NCBI GenBank assembly: GCA_965204575.1
Contig: OZ241993.1
Span: 384,001 to 448,000, forward strand
Direction of reading: 5' to 3'
DNA: 64,000 bases
Source: an uncultured candidatus Porisulfidus sp.
Lineage (GTDB): Bacteria; Pseudomonadota; Gammaproteobacteria; Poriferisulfidales; Poriferisulfidaceae
A model generated the notes under the pieces. That model worked only from the letters and a program-made list of their open reading frames with translations, was not told the origin of the DNA and did no database searches. Of this stretch, positions 40,367 through 54,959 are shown piece by piece. A program made the translations under genes and the position numbers. Each line of letters opens with the position of its first letter. Position 1 is the first letter of the stretch.

Positions 40367-41321
40367 CAGCAAAAAACTCTCGGGCGGCTTCTATGTCGTA
40401 GCCGATCTGTTCGCGCAGGCGATCGACCGAGTCAAAACGCTGCTCGGCGCGCAGACGCTGGTGAAAGCGCACGGTCATGCGCTGACCGTACAGATCGCCG
40501 GCAAAGTCTAACAGGTGGGCCTCGATCAGCAAGCGCGTGCCGTCCACGGTCGGTCGGGTCCCCACGTTGGCGACGCCTTGGCAAAAACGGTCGCCCAGTT
40601 GGCAGGTCACCGTGAAGACGCCCCGCATCGGCGGGTTATGCGGAAAATCGAGGTTGGCGGTGGGGAAACCGATTTCGCGCCCGCGCCGGTCTCCTTCGAC
40701 CACTTCGGCGCAGATCTCGAACGGATGCCCAAGCAAATATTCCGCCTCTGGAACATTGCCGTCTGCAAGTGCCGCACGAATGCGGGTGCTGCTCACCCGG
40801 CTTCCGTCCAGCTCGAAAATGGGGGTTGCCTCAAGCTCGAAGCCGCAGGCCGAAGATTCAGTCCCAAGCAATGCAAAATCCCCAACGCGATCACGACCGA
40901 AGCGGAAATCCTCGCCGATCGTGAGATAGCGCATGCCGAGGCGACCGACCAGCAGGTCCCGCACGAACTCCTGCGCGCCGATGGCAGCGGTTTTCGCATT
41001 GAACGGAAGCGCCACAAAGTGGTCGAGCGCAGGAAACATCTGTTCGGCAAGCCGTTTTTTGTCGTCAAGCGATCCGATCCGCGGCGCGTTTTCCATGCCC
41101 CTGAAGAACTCCTGAGGCGAGGGTTCCAGAGTCAGCAGTATGGATTCCAACCCGCGGTCAGCGGCGGCGTTCAAGAGTTGTTTCAACACCGACTGGTGCC
41201 CAAGATGCAGCCCGTCGTAGTTGCCAATCGTGACCGCACAGGGCCGATGGGCCGGCAACAGCGCATCAAACGCTGGTTCCTGCCCCTGGGCGCCAGAGGA
41301 AGATTCTGAGGAAGCGTTCAC
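40353..41321 (-). CDS. ribF: Riboflavin kinase/FAD synthetase
   Basis: [26 protein letters not shown]. Confidence 0.96.
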   Translation of the reverse strand: MNASSESSSGAQGQEPAFDALLPAHRPCAVTIGNYDGLHLGHQSVLKQLLNAAADRGLESILLTLEPSPQEFFRGMENAPRIGSLDDKKRLAEQMFPALDHFVALPFNAKTAAIGAQEFVRDLLVGRLGMRYLTIGEDFRFGRDRVGDFALLGTESSACGFELEATPIFELDGSRVSSTRIRAALADGNVPEAEYLLGHPFEICAEVVEGDRRGREIGFPTANLDFPHNPPMRGVFTVTCQLGDRFCQGVANVGTRPTVDGTRLLIEAHLLDFAGDLYGQRMTVRFHQRLRAEQRFDSVDRLREQIGYDIEAAREFFADGST

Positions 41322-42901
41322 GCGGCGGTTTTCCCGGACAGAGACTGAATTCGAAAGTCGCTAATGCGGACACCTGAAATCCATAGCGTGGCCGTGTAGA
41401 CGACTGCACCCAGAAGAATCAACTCGACCAGTTGAAGCAGGCGCCCGGCAAACTCGAGGCGGGTCCACTCGAGGGTTTCCGGAATGAGCGGCCACAGCAC
41501 GGCCGCCATGGCCGCGCAGGACAAGCTGACTCGTATCGACAAGGCAGCTGTCGCCCGGTTGCCGGAATAAAAGTCGCGCGCGCGCAGTTTGCGATACAGG
41601 AGCCCGGCGTTCAGGTAGGCCGCGAGGGCCGTTGCGAGGGCCAAGGCAACGTGCGGGCCTTCCAGATCCGCGGTGAACCAGACCAGCAAACCGATGCCGG
41701 TCAACGCCATGTTGGCCAGCATCGCAATCACGCCGATTCGCACCGGGGTGCGGGTGTCCTGGTGGGCGAAGAACCCGGGCGCGAACACCTTGACCAAGAT
41801 GAACGCAGGCAGGCCCAGTGCGAACGCGGTCAGCGCGAGCCCGGCCATGCGGGTGTCGAACATCGAGAACTCCCGGTACTGCAGCAGCGTCGCCAGAATC
41901 GGCTCGGCCAGTAGTGCCAGACCGACGGCGGACGGCAGCGCGACAGCCAGCCCGACCCGGACCCCCCACTCAAGCCCGGCCTGGAACCCTTCCCCGTCAC
42001 TGCGGGCGCTGCACTCGGACAGCCGGGGCAGCAGGACCGTGGCCGTGGAAATCCCGAACAACGCCAGCGGCAACTCCACGAACCGGTCCGACAGGTACAG
42101 CCAACTGATGCTGCCGACCGCCAGGAAGGAAGCCACCAGGGTGTCGAACAGCAGGTTGATCTGAACCACCGAAGAACCGAACAGGGCCGGGAGCATCAGC
42201 TTGGCGATACGGCGGAACCCGGGGTGATGCCAATCCAGCCGGGGCCGTGGCAACAGCCCCTGCCGATGCAGCCAGGGCAACTGGACCGCCAGCTGCAGGA
42301 CGCCGGCCCCGAAGACCCCCCAGGCCAGCGCGTACACCGGCTGCTCGAGCCTCGGCGCGAGCCACAGCACGGCCGCGATCAGCGACAGGTTGAGCAGTGC
42401 CGGCGTGATCGCGGGCAAGGCGAAGCGCCCGAGCGCGTTGAACATGCTCCCCGCCATGGCGGTCAGCGAAATGAACAGGACGTAAGGAAAAGTGATGCGA
42501 AGCAGGTCGCCGGCGACGTCGGCGCGCGGGTCGCCGTCCATCGCGAAACCCGGCGCGAAAATCATGATCAGCAGGGGTGCCGCGAGGATGCCGAGCGCGG
42601 TGATGAGGACCAGTACCGCCGCCAGCGCACCGGCCGTGGCATCGATGAGGGAATTGAGTTGTTCGGGTTTTTGCTCGCGGTATTCCACGAACACCGGTAC
42701 GAACGCTTGCGAAAACGCGCCTTCGGCGGACAGGCGGCGCAGGAAATTCGGAATGCGGAAAGCGACGAAAAACGCGTCCAGCGCACCATGCGCGTTGCTG
42801 ATGAAGATGAACACCACCGCATCGCGGGCATAGCCCAGCAACCGGGAAAGCGATGTCATGAACGCCGTGGTGGCCAGAGAACGGAATAGCCGGATCATCA
42901 A
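41318..42901 (-). CDS. murJ: Lipid II flippase
   Basis: SRLLG..RD, FRIPN.LRR..AEGAFSQAFVP. Confidence 0.96.
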   Translation of the reverse strand: MMIRLFRSLATTAFMTSLSRLLGYARDAVVFIFISNAHGALDAFFVAFRIPNFLRRLSAEGAFSQAFVPVFVEYREQKPEQLNSLIDATAGALAAVLVLITALGILAAPLLIMIFAPGFAMDGDPRADVAGDLLRITFPYVLFISLTAMAGSMFNALGRFALPAITPALLNLSLIAAVLWLAPRLEQPVYALAWGVFGAGVLQLAVQLPWLHRQGLLPRPRLDWHHPGFRRIAKLMLPALFGSSVVQINLLFDTLVASFLAVGSISWLYLSDRFVELPLALFGISTATVLLPRLSECSARSDGEGFQAGLEWGVRVGLAVALPSAVGLALLAEPILATLLQYREFSMFDTRMAGLALTAFALGLPAFILVKVFAPGFFAHQDTRTPVRIGVIAMLANMALTGIGLLVWFTADLEGPHVALALATALAAYLNAGLLYRKLRARDFYSGNRATAALSIRVSLSCAAMAAVLWPLIPETLEWTRLEFAGRLLQLVELILLGAVVYTATLWISGVRISDFRIQSLSGKTAA

Positions 42902-43154
42902 AAAGGCGGCCGGGCGGCGCAGGTGGAGAGTCTGCCTATTATAGGGAGTACAGGTCGCATAACCGGGTTGGAATCAGGCCACGAAAGAGCCGTGGCTGAC
43001 TCGCGGAGAACGGTTTAGGGTTGTGCTATTGACAAGGGTTGGTCTGGAGGTTTCAATAAGGCTCAAGCGATTTTCGCAGGAGATCAACCCCCCTTTGTCG
43101 CAAATATGACAGAACTAAAATAGAGGTTGAACATCATTCGCTGGAAATCCCAAC

Positions 43155-43709
43155 ATGACTCTCCCCTCTGAAAACCAGGAACGACCGGAAGTCGACGAGA
43201 CTGTTGGAAAGGCGCGACATGTCTTCGAGAGTACGAAAGCATATCTTGAATCAACTGTAGCAGAAGCCCGCGTCATCGAGAATAAGACTCGTTATCTGCT
43301 GGTCCTCACGTTGTCGGTTTCGTTCGGGCTGGTAGGTTTCCTGACAGTGACTGTCGGGAGTAAGCCCCCTCCCACCTCTTTGCCGGGTTTGACATGGGTC
43401 GGAAGCATATTGCTATTAGTGCTAGCAGTCGTTTCGTTCGTTCTGATATGGAACCTCCTGCCGCAACATAAAGTCCATCATCCGGGAAGCGAACTTGACA
43501 GTTTTATAAAAAATGATGCTATCTCAAAACCCCTGTGGAAAATGGTCATTATGGAAGTCGTCGCTCACCAAGATCGCATCAATGCCAACACCAGATTGAA
43601 TGAACAGCGAGGTATACGGCTGAAATGGAGCACGTATACCGTGCTTTGGTCCCTAGCACTCGCGCTGGCAGGGTTCTTAATATTGTTGATAGTAGAGGTT
43701 TTCAAATAA
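43155..43709 (+). CDS. 3-TM hypothetical membrane protein
   Basis: Three hydrophobic segments; low-GC island. Confidence 0.7.
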   Translation: MTLPSENQERPEVDETVGKARHVFESTKAYLESTVAEARVIENKTRYLLVLTLSVSFGLVGFLTVTVGSKPPPTSLPGLTWVGSILLLVLAVVSFVLIWNLLPQHKVHHPGSELDSFIKNDAISKPLWKMVIMEVVAHQDRINANTRLNEQRGIRLKWSTYTVLWSLALALAGFLILLIVEVFK

Positions 43710-43720
43710 AGAGAAACGCT

Positions 43721-43900
43721 TCAACCCCAGTGTGGCCGCGAGGGAGGCATTTTAGGGATTTTCGTCCCGTCAGGCATAACGAACTCGTCTTCTGAATCCA
43801 ACTCTGTTTCCGGTTCGTCCGGATCAGCTTTTAGCCCTTGAATTCCTTTTAAATAAGATTTCAACCACTTTCTCCACAAAATTTCTTTTATATCCAACAT
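43721..43900 (-). CDS. 59-aa peptide with a Pro-rich C-terminus (not in the ORF track)
   Basis: GGAGG RBS; MLDIKEILWRKW...FVMPDGTKIPKMPPSRPHWG*; paralogous to 45264-45446. Confidence 0.7.
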   Translation of the reverse strand: MLDIKEILWRKWLKSYLKGIQGLKADPDEPETELDSEDEFVMPDGTKIPKMPPSRPHWG

Positions 43901-44142
43901 AGCGTCCTCCTAGCGCCACCTGCCATGTGGATGTGCAGTAGGATACCACGAAGTGGTTTTAGCCGCCGCATTCATTCTTGCGCCAATCGCGCCTCGATGG
44001 TTGACGACGACTTGGAGGATGCAGACTGGGACAACATGATGATAAACAACGACACGGTACGCGTGGCCTCAGAGAAGATTCAGGATCTTCTAATGGAGGA
44101 CATCGCATATAGCATCGGATAGCGGACGCTATCCAACGATAG

Positions 44143-44170
44143 AACGGGCGGCATCAGTGTCGCCCGTTTT
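44143..44170. terminator. Hairpin terminator between convergent ORFs
   Basis: AACGGGCG-loop-CGCCCGTT followed by TT. Confidence 0.6.
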
Positions 44171-44177
44171 GCGTTTG

Positions 44178-44663
44178 CTACTTGCAGAACTCGGCGTTTG
44201 CTTCCAAGTACTTATCAATAAATTCATCTACATATTGCGAGAGACCTTGCATGATGATATCTGATCTTCCGCCGTGGCCTCCTGTGCCACCATTCCACCA
44301 TGTAACAGCATCGCCGCTAGTTCCATCCGGCCGACGGAGCCACCTTGTAAATTGCAACGATACGTTAGCTGCTAAGCCCGATACGTGTATATTTATGTAG
44401 AGATATGGTACGAGAGTTTTATCATAAATTCGAGCGGCGCGTAATCTGCTACGCGCCAGCATCTCGATGGCTTCTCTTTTCAACCCAATAGCGGTTGCAT
44501 CTTTGTTTAAAAGCTCTACCGCAAAGTCAATCGGTTTACACTCATTCCCAAGTTGCCACTCCAAGCGCGACGTCCGATTCTCATCTTCATCGGAGACAGC
44601 CGCCGTTGGCGTGGCTGAAATTGCGAGAGCGACCGAGACCAGACAGAGAGAAAGTTTGCGCAC
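44178..44663 (-). CDS. Secreted hypothetical protein
   Basis: N-terminal signal peptide MRKLSLCLVSVALAISATPTAA. Confidence 0.75.
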   Translation of the reverse strand: MRKLSLCLVSVALAISATPTAAVSDEDENRTSRLEWQLGNECKPIDFAVELLNKDATAIGLKREAIEMLARSRLRAARIYDKTLVPYLYINIHVSGLAANVSLQFTRWLRRPDGTSGDAVTWWNGGTGGHGGRSDIIMQGLSQYVDEFIDKYLEANAEFCK

Positions 44664-44690
44664 GATACCGCCAGTTTAGCACCAGCGCAA

Positions 44691-45164
44691 TCAATCATCC
44701 GCGCCATCCGTCAGGCCGCAGATTCTCGCCGCCGCGTCTTTGTCGATTCCCTTTTCGCCGTTCGTCATGGACTGATACGCGCGTGCGCGGCCTTGCAGAT
44801 CGGATGCGAACAGATTATGGAAATCGAGTCGAATATCCGAATCGAGCTTGGCCGTGAACTCGGCGGATACCGTCTTGCTCAGCGGCTCGACCGACCCATG
44901 TAGAAACTGCCGCCATGCCTCTCTCTGCATGGATGCCTGGCCTGAGGTCGAGATCAACCCGGGCGGAACGCCAGCCGCCACACATACCGTCTTTTCCACG
45001 CCTTCGCGGAGCTGGATCAATGCGTCTGGCAGATCGGCACCGATGCGCCGCGGCTTCCAATCTCCCTGAGGCTGGCCGCCTCTGTCTCCCCATCCGCCGG
45101 CCGTCGTCTCGACCAGTGCCGTGTTCCCTTTCAGCGCGGCGATCGTGTCGCGGAGATTCGTCAA
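44691..45164 (-). pseudogene. Phage portal protein C-terminal fragment
   Basis: A.GVPP.L, REAWRQFLHG.V.PL, LFASDLQGRARA pattern; N-terminal half absent. Confidence 0.6.
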
Positions 45165-45263
45165 TCTATCATCGTCCGAACCGTCGCCCGGATCTTCCGG
45201 AAATAGTAGGTGGCGGGTTCCTGTATCTGTGGAGGCCTCACATGCGGGGCTGAGTAAAGCACA

Positions 45264-45446
45264 TCAACCACAATGAGGTGGAGAGGGTGGCATGGGAGGA
45301 ACGACCCTGCCGTCAGGCAGAACAACCTTGTCCGGAGAGTAGCCATCGGTTTCCGGTCTGTTTGAGCCCGGCTGGTCGGGCTTCCGGCCTCCGCCGGTTA
45401 GAGGTTTTCCGCTAATCCGGTGCCAAAGATTTTTTAAACTTTCCAT
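45264..45446 (-). CDS. 60-aa peptide with a Pro-rich C-terminus
   Basis: MESLKNLWHRI...VVLPDGRVVPPMPPSPPHCG*; paralog of 43721-43900. Confidence 0.65.
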   Translation of the reverse strand: MESLKNLWHRISGKPLTGGGRKPDQPGSNRPETDGYSPDKVVLPDGRVVPPMPPSPPHCG

Positions 45447-45631
45447 TTTCCCCCCGCAACATGCGAAGCCAACTCTAATAGCGGTAGTAGCATACTGCGG
45501 GCGGCTCACCTTTACCAAAACATTGTCTCCCGGTCTTCCCTAGCCTCCGAGCTAACGCGATTTTTTGTTTGGGAACTACACACTGACGATCCCGTCTAGA
45601 TTTGAATGGAAACCCTGAAGCCCCAGCCATT

Positions 45632-46600
45632 TCACTCGCTAGTGGGTGGTTGATTTTCCACGGCATCCTGCGGCACCACCCAAACGGCCTCGTAGCCCAA
45701 GCGCTTCAAATCCTCTACGGTATCTTCGATGCTTCGAGTAGGTGTAACCCGCATCTTCAGGCGGTACCACAGCATGCCATCGTGGCGAAACTCCTCCAGG
45801 AACACGTCGTGGCCAAGCTCCCGAAGCCGCGCAAGCTCCTTCTCAGCCTTTCCCTTGTCCTGGGCGGACAGGATTTGGAGTACGGGCCCGGGGGAGGCCG
45901 GGCTGGAAGCCGTCTCCTGCTTCTCGGCCGGCGCGATACGATCCTGAGGATTTGCCGGATCTCCGGAAGACTCCGGAGCCTTGCCGTCCTGGATCTCCTG
46001 CCTCGTAGACAGTTCGGTCGCAGGGGCCTGCTGCTCGGCAACCTCCGCCGGCACAGGCGTCACCGGCTCGGCCCCTTCGCTTTCCCACGCCTGGGGAAGT
46101 TCAAGCATCCGCACCGTTTTCTTTTTATCCTCGAATGGCGGAGGCTCGGGCGGAGTCGTCGATTCCAGGTCCGGCTCGAAATCCAGTTCCGTAGACCACC
46201 GCAGACCCTCCTCGCCCTCGGAGTCCGGTGTGCCCTCCCCCGGAGTTCCCGGGCCCGCAGCCGTGACGCGTACGATCTTTCTCTCCTGATCAAGAACCGT
46301 CGAGAATGTGTCTTCGTACGGCGCAAAGATTTTCGACAGGGCCGCCTCCAGCGACGGGTTGGCCATATCGAAGGTGTGAATAATGATGCGGTCCTCTTCG
46401 GAGGCCCATTCAAGGGACCATCCATGGGAATGGACCAGCGCCCGTACGTTCTCGGAAAGATGCCCGATCTCGACTTTGAATGTCGCGTCGCCTTCATTCG
46501 CCATCGCACTCGTGGCGACAAGCAGATTCCCGGCCAGCGCGAGGCCCGGCAGAAGGCCAACCGCCTGTTGCCACATTCTCCGGGATTTCGGGGTTTTCAT
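45632..46600 (-). CDS. Exported protein: TcpQ-like domain, acidic linker and SPOR domain
   Basis: Signal peptide; GWSLEW..D.II..F; C-terminal VLQI.S...A...L..LG...WYRL...LG. Confidence 0.65.
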   Translation of the reverse strand: MKTPKSRRMWQQAVGLLPGLALAGNLLVATSAMANEGDATFKVEIGHLSENVRALVHSHGWSLEWASEEDRIIIHTFDMANPSLEAALSKIFAPYEDTFSTVLDQERKIVRVTAAGPGTPGEGTPDSEGEEGLRWSTELDFEPDLESTTPPEPPPFEDKKKTVRMLELPQAWESEGAEPVTPVPAEVAEQQAPATELSTRQEIQDGKAPESSGDPANPQDRIAPAEKQETASSPASPGPVLQILSAQDKGKAEKELARLRELGHDVFLEEFRHDGMLWYRLKMRVTPTRSIEDTVEDLKRLGYEAVWVVPQDAVENQPPTSE

Positions 46601-46802
46601 TGGGCTACGGGCATTGTACAGGCTAAGTCCCGGGACTTCGGAAAAATCATTCCGGCGAGATCACGAGATTCGGCGGCTTCAGGCTCGAAGAACGTGCCTG
46701 AAACCCCTCTCCCGCCGTGTCCGATTCCGGGCGCAACGGCGCATGGCTATGCTAAAATTTAAAAGTCCGACATCTAGGTGTCGCAGACAAGGGTGCTGAT
46801 CT

Positions 46803-47162
46803 GTGATGGCGGCATTGCCGGTCGGCCGGATCCTTGCCGCGCAGCTGCTGATAACCCTGCTCTGTATGGCAGGGGTTTTTTATGACTGGAACCTCGGTCT
46901 TTCGGCAGCAGCAGGAGGAGCGCTGTGTCTGTTTCCCAATGCGTTGGCGGCCTGGAGCCTGTTTCGGAAGGACCGGGCGCGGGGGATTCGGGAAGAACAA
47001 CGACGGATGCATCGCGCCTGGGCGGTCCGCTGGCTCGGCACGTTGCTCGGCCTGGGATTGATCTTCGGGTTCTACCGCGAGGTTCAGCCCTTGACCCTGT
47101 TCGCGGCCTATGCGGCGGCCCAGGCGGCGCACCTGATCGGACATTTGTCATTTAAAAACTGA
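46803..47162 (+). CDS. atpI: ATP synthase protein I
   Basis: Hydrophobic, SAAAGG...PN motif; first gene of the atp operon. Confidence 0.8.
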   Translation: MMAALPVGRILAAQLLITLLCMAGVFYDWNLGLSAAAGGALCLFPNALAAWSLFRKDRARGIREEQRRMHRAWAVRWLGTLLGLGLIFGFYREVQPLTLFAAYAAAQAAHLIGHLSFKN

Positions 47163-48041
<879 letters not shown>

Positions 48042-48046
48042 CCTGA

Positions 48047-48319
<273 letters not shown>

Positions 48320-48338
48320 TCCGCGGGGAGACCTCCCG

Positions 48339-48809
48339 ATGAACATCAACCTTACGCTGATCGGACAGGCGATTTCATTCACGATCTTCGTCTGGTTCTG
48401 CATGCGGTTCATCTGGCCGCCCGTGATCAACGCGCTGGAGGCCCGCAAGAAACGCATCGCCGACGGCCTGGCGGACGCGGATGCGGCCAAGACCGAGCGC
48501 GAGCGGGCCGAACAGGAAGCCCAGCAGACCACCGGGCAGGCCCGGGAAGAAGCGTCCCGAATCCTCGCCCAGGCGGAACGCCGGGCCGGCGAGATCGTGG
48601 CGGAAGCCCGGACCACGGCCAAGACCGAGGGCGAGCGCATTCTCACCCAGGCCCAGGAGGAAATCGACAAGAACACCCAGCAGGTGCGCGAGCAGTTGCG
48701 CGGTGAGGTCGCGACCCTGGCCGTCGCCGGCGCCGAGGCGGTGCTGCGGCGCGAGGTCGATGCCAAAGCCCACGCCGAGGCCCTGGACCAGTTGGCGGAG
48801 CGCCTGTGA
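48339..48809 (+). CDS. atpF: ATP synthase subunit b
   Basis: [18 protein letters not shown]. Confidence 0.97.
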   Translation: MNINLTLIGQAISFTIFVWFCMRFIWPPVINALEARKKRIADGLADADAAKTERERAEQEAQQTTGQAREEASRILAQAERRAGEIVAEARTTAKTEGERILTQAQEEIDKNTQQVREQLRGEVATLAVAGAEAVLRREVDAKAHAEALDQLAERL

Positions 48810-49336
48810 GCAACGTCACTGCCGCACGCCCCTATGCCCGCGCCGCGTTCGGCTACGCGCGCGAATGCAATGCATTGGACGCATTTTCGGGCATGCTGGA
48901 AACGGCTGCCGCGCTGGTTGAAAGCCCGCGTCTGCGCACCCTGCTGGCGGATCCGCGCCTGAGCCGCGCACGCCGCGCCGAAATGCTGGAGACGATCGGC
49001 GGCGACCGCTTCGACGAACCGATGCGGCAACTCCTCCGGGTGCTCGGAGAGCGCGACCGGCTCCCGATCCTGCCCGAAGTCCGTGAGCAGTTCGAGGAAT
49101 TGCGGGCCGAACATGAACAACGCCTGACCGCCGAGGTGGTCAGCGCCCGGGAGCTCGACCCGACCCAGCAGGAACGCATCCGTGCGGCCCTGGCTGAGCG
49201 GACCGGGCAAACCGTGGAACTGGTTTCGAAAATTGATGAACAACTGCTGGGCGGTGCGGTGGTCCGCGCCGGCGACCGGGTGCTGGACGCCTCGCTCCAG
49301 AGGCGCCTGCAGCAACTCGCGCAAAGCCTGGCCTGA
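48806..49336 (+). CDS. atpH: ATP synthase subunit delta
   Basis: [22 protein letters not shown]. Confidence 0.97.
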   Translation: MSNVTAARPYARAAFGYARECNALDAFSGMLETAAALVESPRLRTLLADPRLSRARRAEMLETIGGDRFDEPMRQLLRVLGERDRLPILPEVREQFEELRAEHEQRLTAEVVSARELDPTQQERIRAALAERTGQTVELVSKIDEQLLGGAVVRAGDRVLDASLQRRLQQLAQSLA

Positions 49337-49359
49337 CCCCCTGACTGGAGTAGAACCGA

Positions 49360-50904
<1,545 letters not shown>

Positions 50905-50911
50905 CACGCAA

Positions 50912-51778
50912 ATGGCGGGCGAGAAGGAAATTCGCAGCAAGATCGCGAGTATTCGCAATACTCAGAAGATCACCAAGGCGATGGAGATGGTCGCGGCCAG
51001 CAAGATGCGCAAGGCCCAGGACCGCATGGCCGCCACCCGCCCGTATGCGATGAAGATCCGCGAAGTGATCGGCCATCTGGCTCATGCCAGCGCCGAATAC
51101 CGCCATCCGTTCCTCGAGGGCCGCGAAGAAGTGCGCGGTGTGGGCTTTATCGTGGTCTCCACCGATCGCGGCCTGTGCGGCGGGCTCAACATCAACCTGT
51201 TCAAGACCGTCCTGCGGGAAATGCACGAATGGCGGCAGAAGCAGGTGCCGGTGCGGCTTTGCCTGTTCGGCGCCAAGGGGACCGCGTTCTTCAAGCGCAT
51301 CGGCGGCATCGAGATCGTTGCGCAGACTTCGCACCTGGGCGACGCGCCGAGGCTCGAAGAGGTCATCGGGCAGGTCAAGATCATGCTGGACGACTACATC
51401 GAGGGGCGCATCGACCGGGTCTACCTGGCCGAGAACGAGTTCGTCAACACCATGACGCAGAAGCCGAACATCTCGACACTGCTTCCGACCCCCCCGGCAG
51501 AACTGGAAACACTTGAACACCATTGGGATTACATCTACGAGCCCGGCGCACCCGAAGTGCTGGACGGGCTGCTGATGCGCTACATCGAGTCGCTGGTGTA
51601 CCGCGGCGTGATGGAGAACATCGCCTGCGAGATGGCCGCGCGCATGGTCGCGATGAAGAGCGCCTCGGACAATGCCGGAAACCTGATCGACGAGTTGCAA
51701 CTGATCTACAACAAGGCGCGACAGGCGGCGATCACCCAGGAAATCTCGGAAATCGTCGGCGGAGCCGCTGCCATATAG
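50912..51778 (+). CDS. atpG: ATP synthase subunit gamma
   Basis: [32 protein letters not shown]. Confidence 0.99.
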   Translation: MAGEKEIRSKIASIRNTQKITKAMEMVAASKMRKAQDRMAATRPYAMKIREVIGHLAHASAEYRHPFLEGREEVRGVGFIVVSTDRGLCGGLNINLFKTVLREMHEWRQKQVPVRLCLFGAKGTAFFKRIGGIEIVAQTSHLGDAPRLEEVIGQVKIMLDDYIEGRIDRVYLAENEFVNTMTQKPNISTLLPTPPAELETLEHHWDYIYEPGAPEVLDGLLMRYIESLVYRGVMENIACEMAARMVAMKSASDNAGNLIDELQLIYNKARQAAITQEISEIVGGAAAI

Positions 51779-51783
51779 CCGAA

Positions 51784-53062
51784 GGGAATTATGCAGCAAA
51801 ATCTGCAAGCATATAATCTTGCCCAATGAAAGTCCCCCGCACCGTCCGCTACCGCCTGCATCCGGGTTCTGCACGAAAAAACCAGCAGTTGCACGGCACC
51901 GCCGGGGCCTGCCGCTTCGTCTGGAACCACATGGTCGGGAAGCTCAGGGACGAGTACGAATTCGGAATCAAGCCGGACTTTCGGCACTATTCCCTGTGTC
52001 ATGTCTTCACCGTCATGCGGAGGGAGGACGGCACGACGAAGTGGCTGCAGGACTATTCGTCCAAGGTGGTCCGGATCTCCCTGAAGCCCATCGAGACGGC
52101 CTACAAGGAATTCTTCAAGGATCGGGAGACCGGCGGGAAACTGAACCGGAAACTGCCGCAGTTTCACGGCAAGTACAGTACGATTCCAAGTTTTCCGATT
52201 GATTATCAATCCGCACGAGTAGCAGGAGAGAGCCTGTACGTTCAGAAGGTCGGCTGGATGAAACTGGTCGGCAGCAACCCGTACCCGGACGGCGAGTTCA
52301 AGTCCGGGCGGATCAGATACGAATGCGGCAAGTGGTACGCCTACCTGACCTATGAAGTCCAGGCGGAAGCGAGTCTTCCGCACAGCATTCGGGAAGTCGG
52401 AATCGACCGCAATGTAAACGAGAATGGTTGGGCGGTTCTTTCGGACGGCACGAAGTACCCGGGCCCGGACTTGGGGAGGAAGGTGGCAAAACGTAGGCGC
52501 TACCAGCGCAAGATGGCACGGCAGGTGAAGGGAAGCAACCGTAGGGCGATCACCAAGGTGAAGTTGCAGAAGGCGTACCAGGCGGAACGCTTCGCCCGCC
52601 TCAACTGGGCGCACCACGTCAGCAAGAGCATTGCCTCCGAGTACGATGTCGCTTACGTAGAAAAACTGAACATCCGGGGCATGACGAAGTCGGCCAAGGG
52701 CACGGTGGAGAAACCCGGCAAGAACGTGAAACAGAAGTCAGGACTCAACCGGAAGATCCTGGCCAGCGCATGGGGCACGCTGGAGCTGTGTCTGAACTAC
52801 AAGATGGAAATGCGCCATGTGCATCCGGCGTACACTAGCCAGACGTGCCATTCATGCGGGCACGTCGATGAGAAAACAGAAATGGAACAGACTTCAAGTG
52901 CACCGCTTGCGGGCACGCGGACGATGCGGACGTGAATGCCGCATTGAACATACTGGCCTTTGGGAGTGGGGCAACTGGACGTGGAGGTGGCGACACTAGT
53001 CGGCCTGAGAAACGTCAAGAAATGGGCAGTGAATCCCTTGCGGATTTTGCTACATAATTCCC
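51784..53062 (+). mobile_element. Non-autonomous cassette with IS1595-like TIRs carrying only tnpB, inside the atp operon
   Basis: 26-bp TIRs 24/26 (51784-51809, 53037-53062); TSD TAGCCGAA(51776)/TAACCGAA(53063). Confidence 0.93.
51826..53057 (+). pseudogene. tnpB: TnpB, frameshifted in the zinc finger region
   Basis: A4 at 52873-52876 versus A5 in the paralog; CTACG and DADVNAALNI continue in another frame to TAA 53055-53057. Confidence 0.9.
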
Positions 53063-53083
53063 TAACCGAAATCGATCAATTAA

Positions 53084-54478
<1,395 letters not shown>

Positions 54479-54485
54479 GCCGGAC

Positions 54486-54911
54486 ATGAGCACCCTGCAA
54501 GTCGAGATCGTCAGCGCCGAGCACGAAATCTATTCGGGCGAGGCCCATTGGGTGGTGGCGCCCGCCGCCATGGGCGAGGTCGGCATCTATCCCCAGCACA
54601 CGCCGCTCATCACCCACCTCAAGCCCGGCGAAGTGCGGGTCAGCGCGGTGGAGGAAAACGAGGAGCTCCTGTTCTTCGTCTCCGGCGGCATGCTGGAGGT
54701 GCAGCCGCACCAGGTCACCGTGCTGTCCGATACCGCCATGCGGGGAGCGGATTTGGACGAGGCGAAGGCCGAGGAGGCCAAGAAACGGGCCGAGCAGGCA
54801 CTGTCCGACCGCAAGGCTGATTTCGACGAGGCCCGGGCCTTGGCGGAGTTGGCCGAAGCCGCGGCACAGCTGCGGATGATCCAGAAACTGCGCAAGACCG
54901 GTCGCGGCTGA
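54486..54911 (+). CDS. atpC: ATP synthase subunit epsilon
   Basis: [21 protein letters not shown]. Confidence 0.98.
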   Translation: MSTLQVEIVSAEHEIYSGEAHWVVAPAAMGEVGIYPQHTPLITHLKPGEVRVSAVEENEELLFFVSGGMLEVQPHQVTVLSDTAMRGADLDEAKAEEAKKRAEQALSDRKADFDEARALAELAEAAAQLRMIQKLRKTGRG

Positions 54912-54915
54912 TCCC

Positions 54916-54936
54916 CGGGGGCGTAAAATGCCCCCG
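54916..54936 (+). terminator. Hairpin after atpC
   Basis: CGGGGGC-GTAAAAT-GCCCCCG, weak U tract. Confidence 0.4.
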
Positions 54937-54959
54937 TTACTGCAAATATCGGTTATCTC

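Noticed and set aside
45571-45592. GGGAACTACACA... as a degenerate TIR
   Set aside because: Only 8/12 identity, with no partner or TSD.
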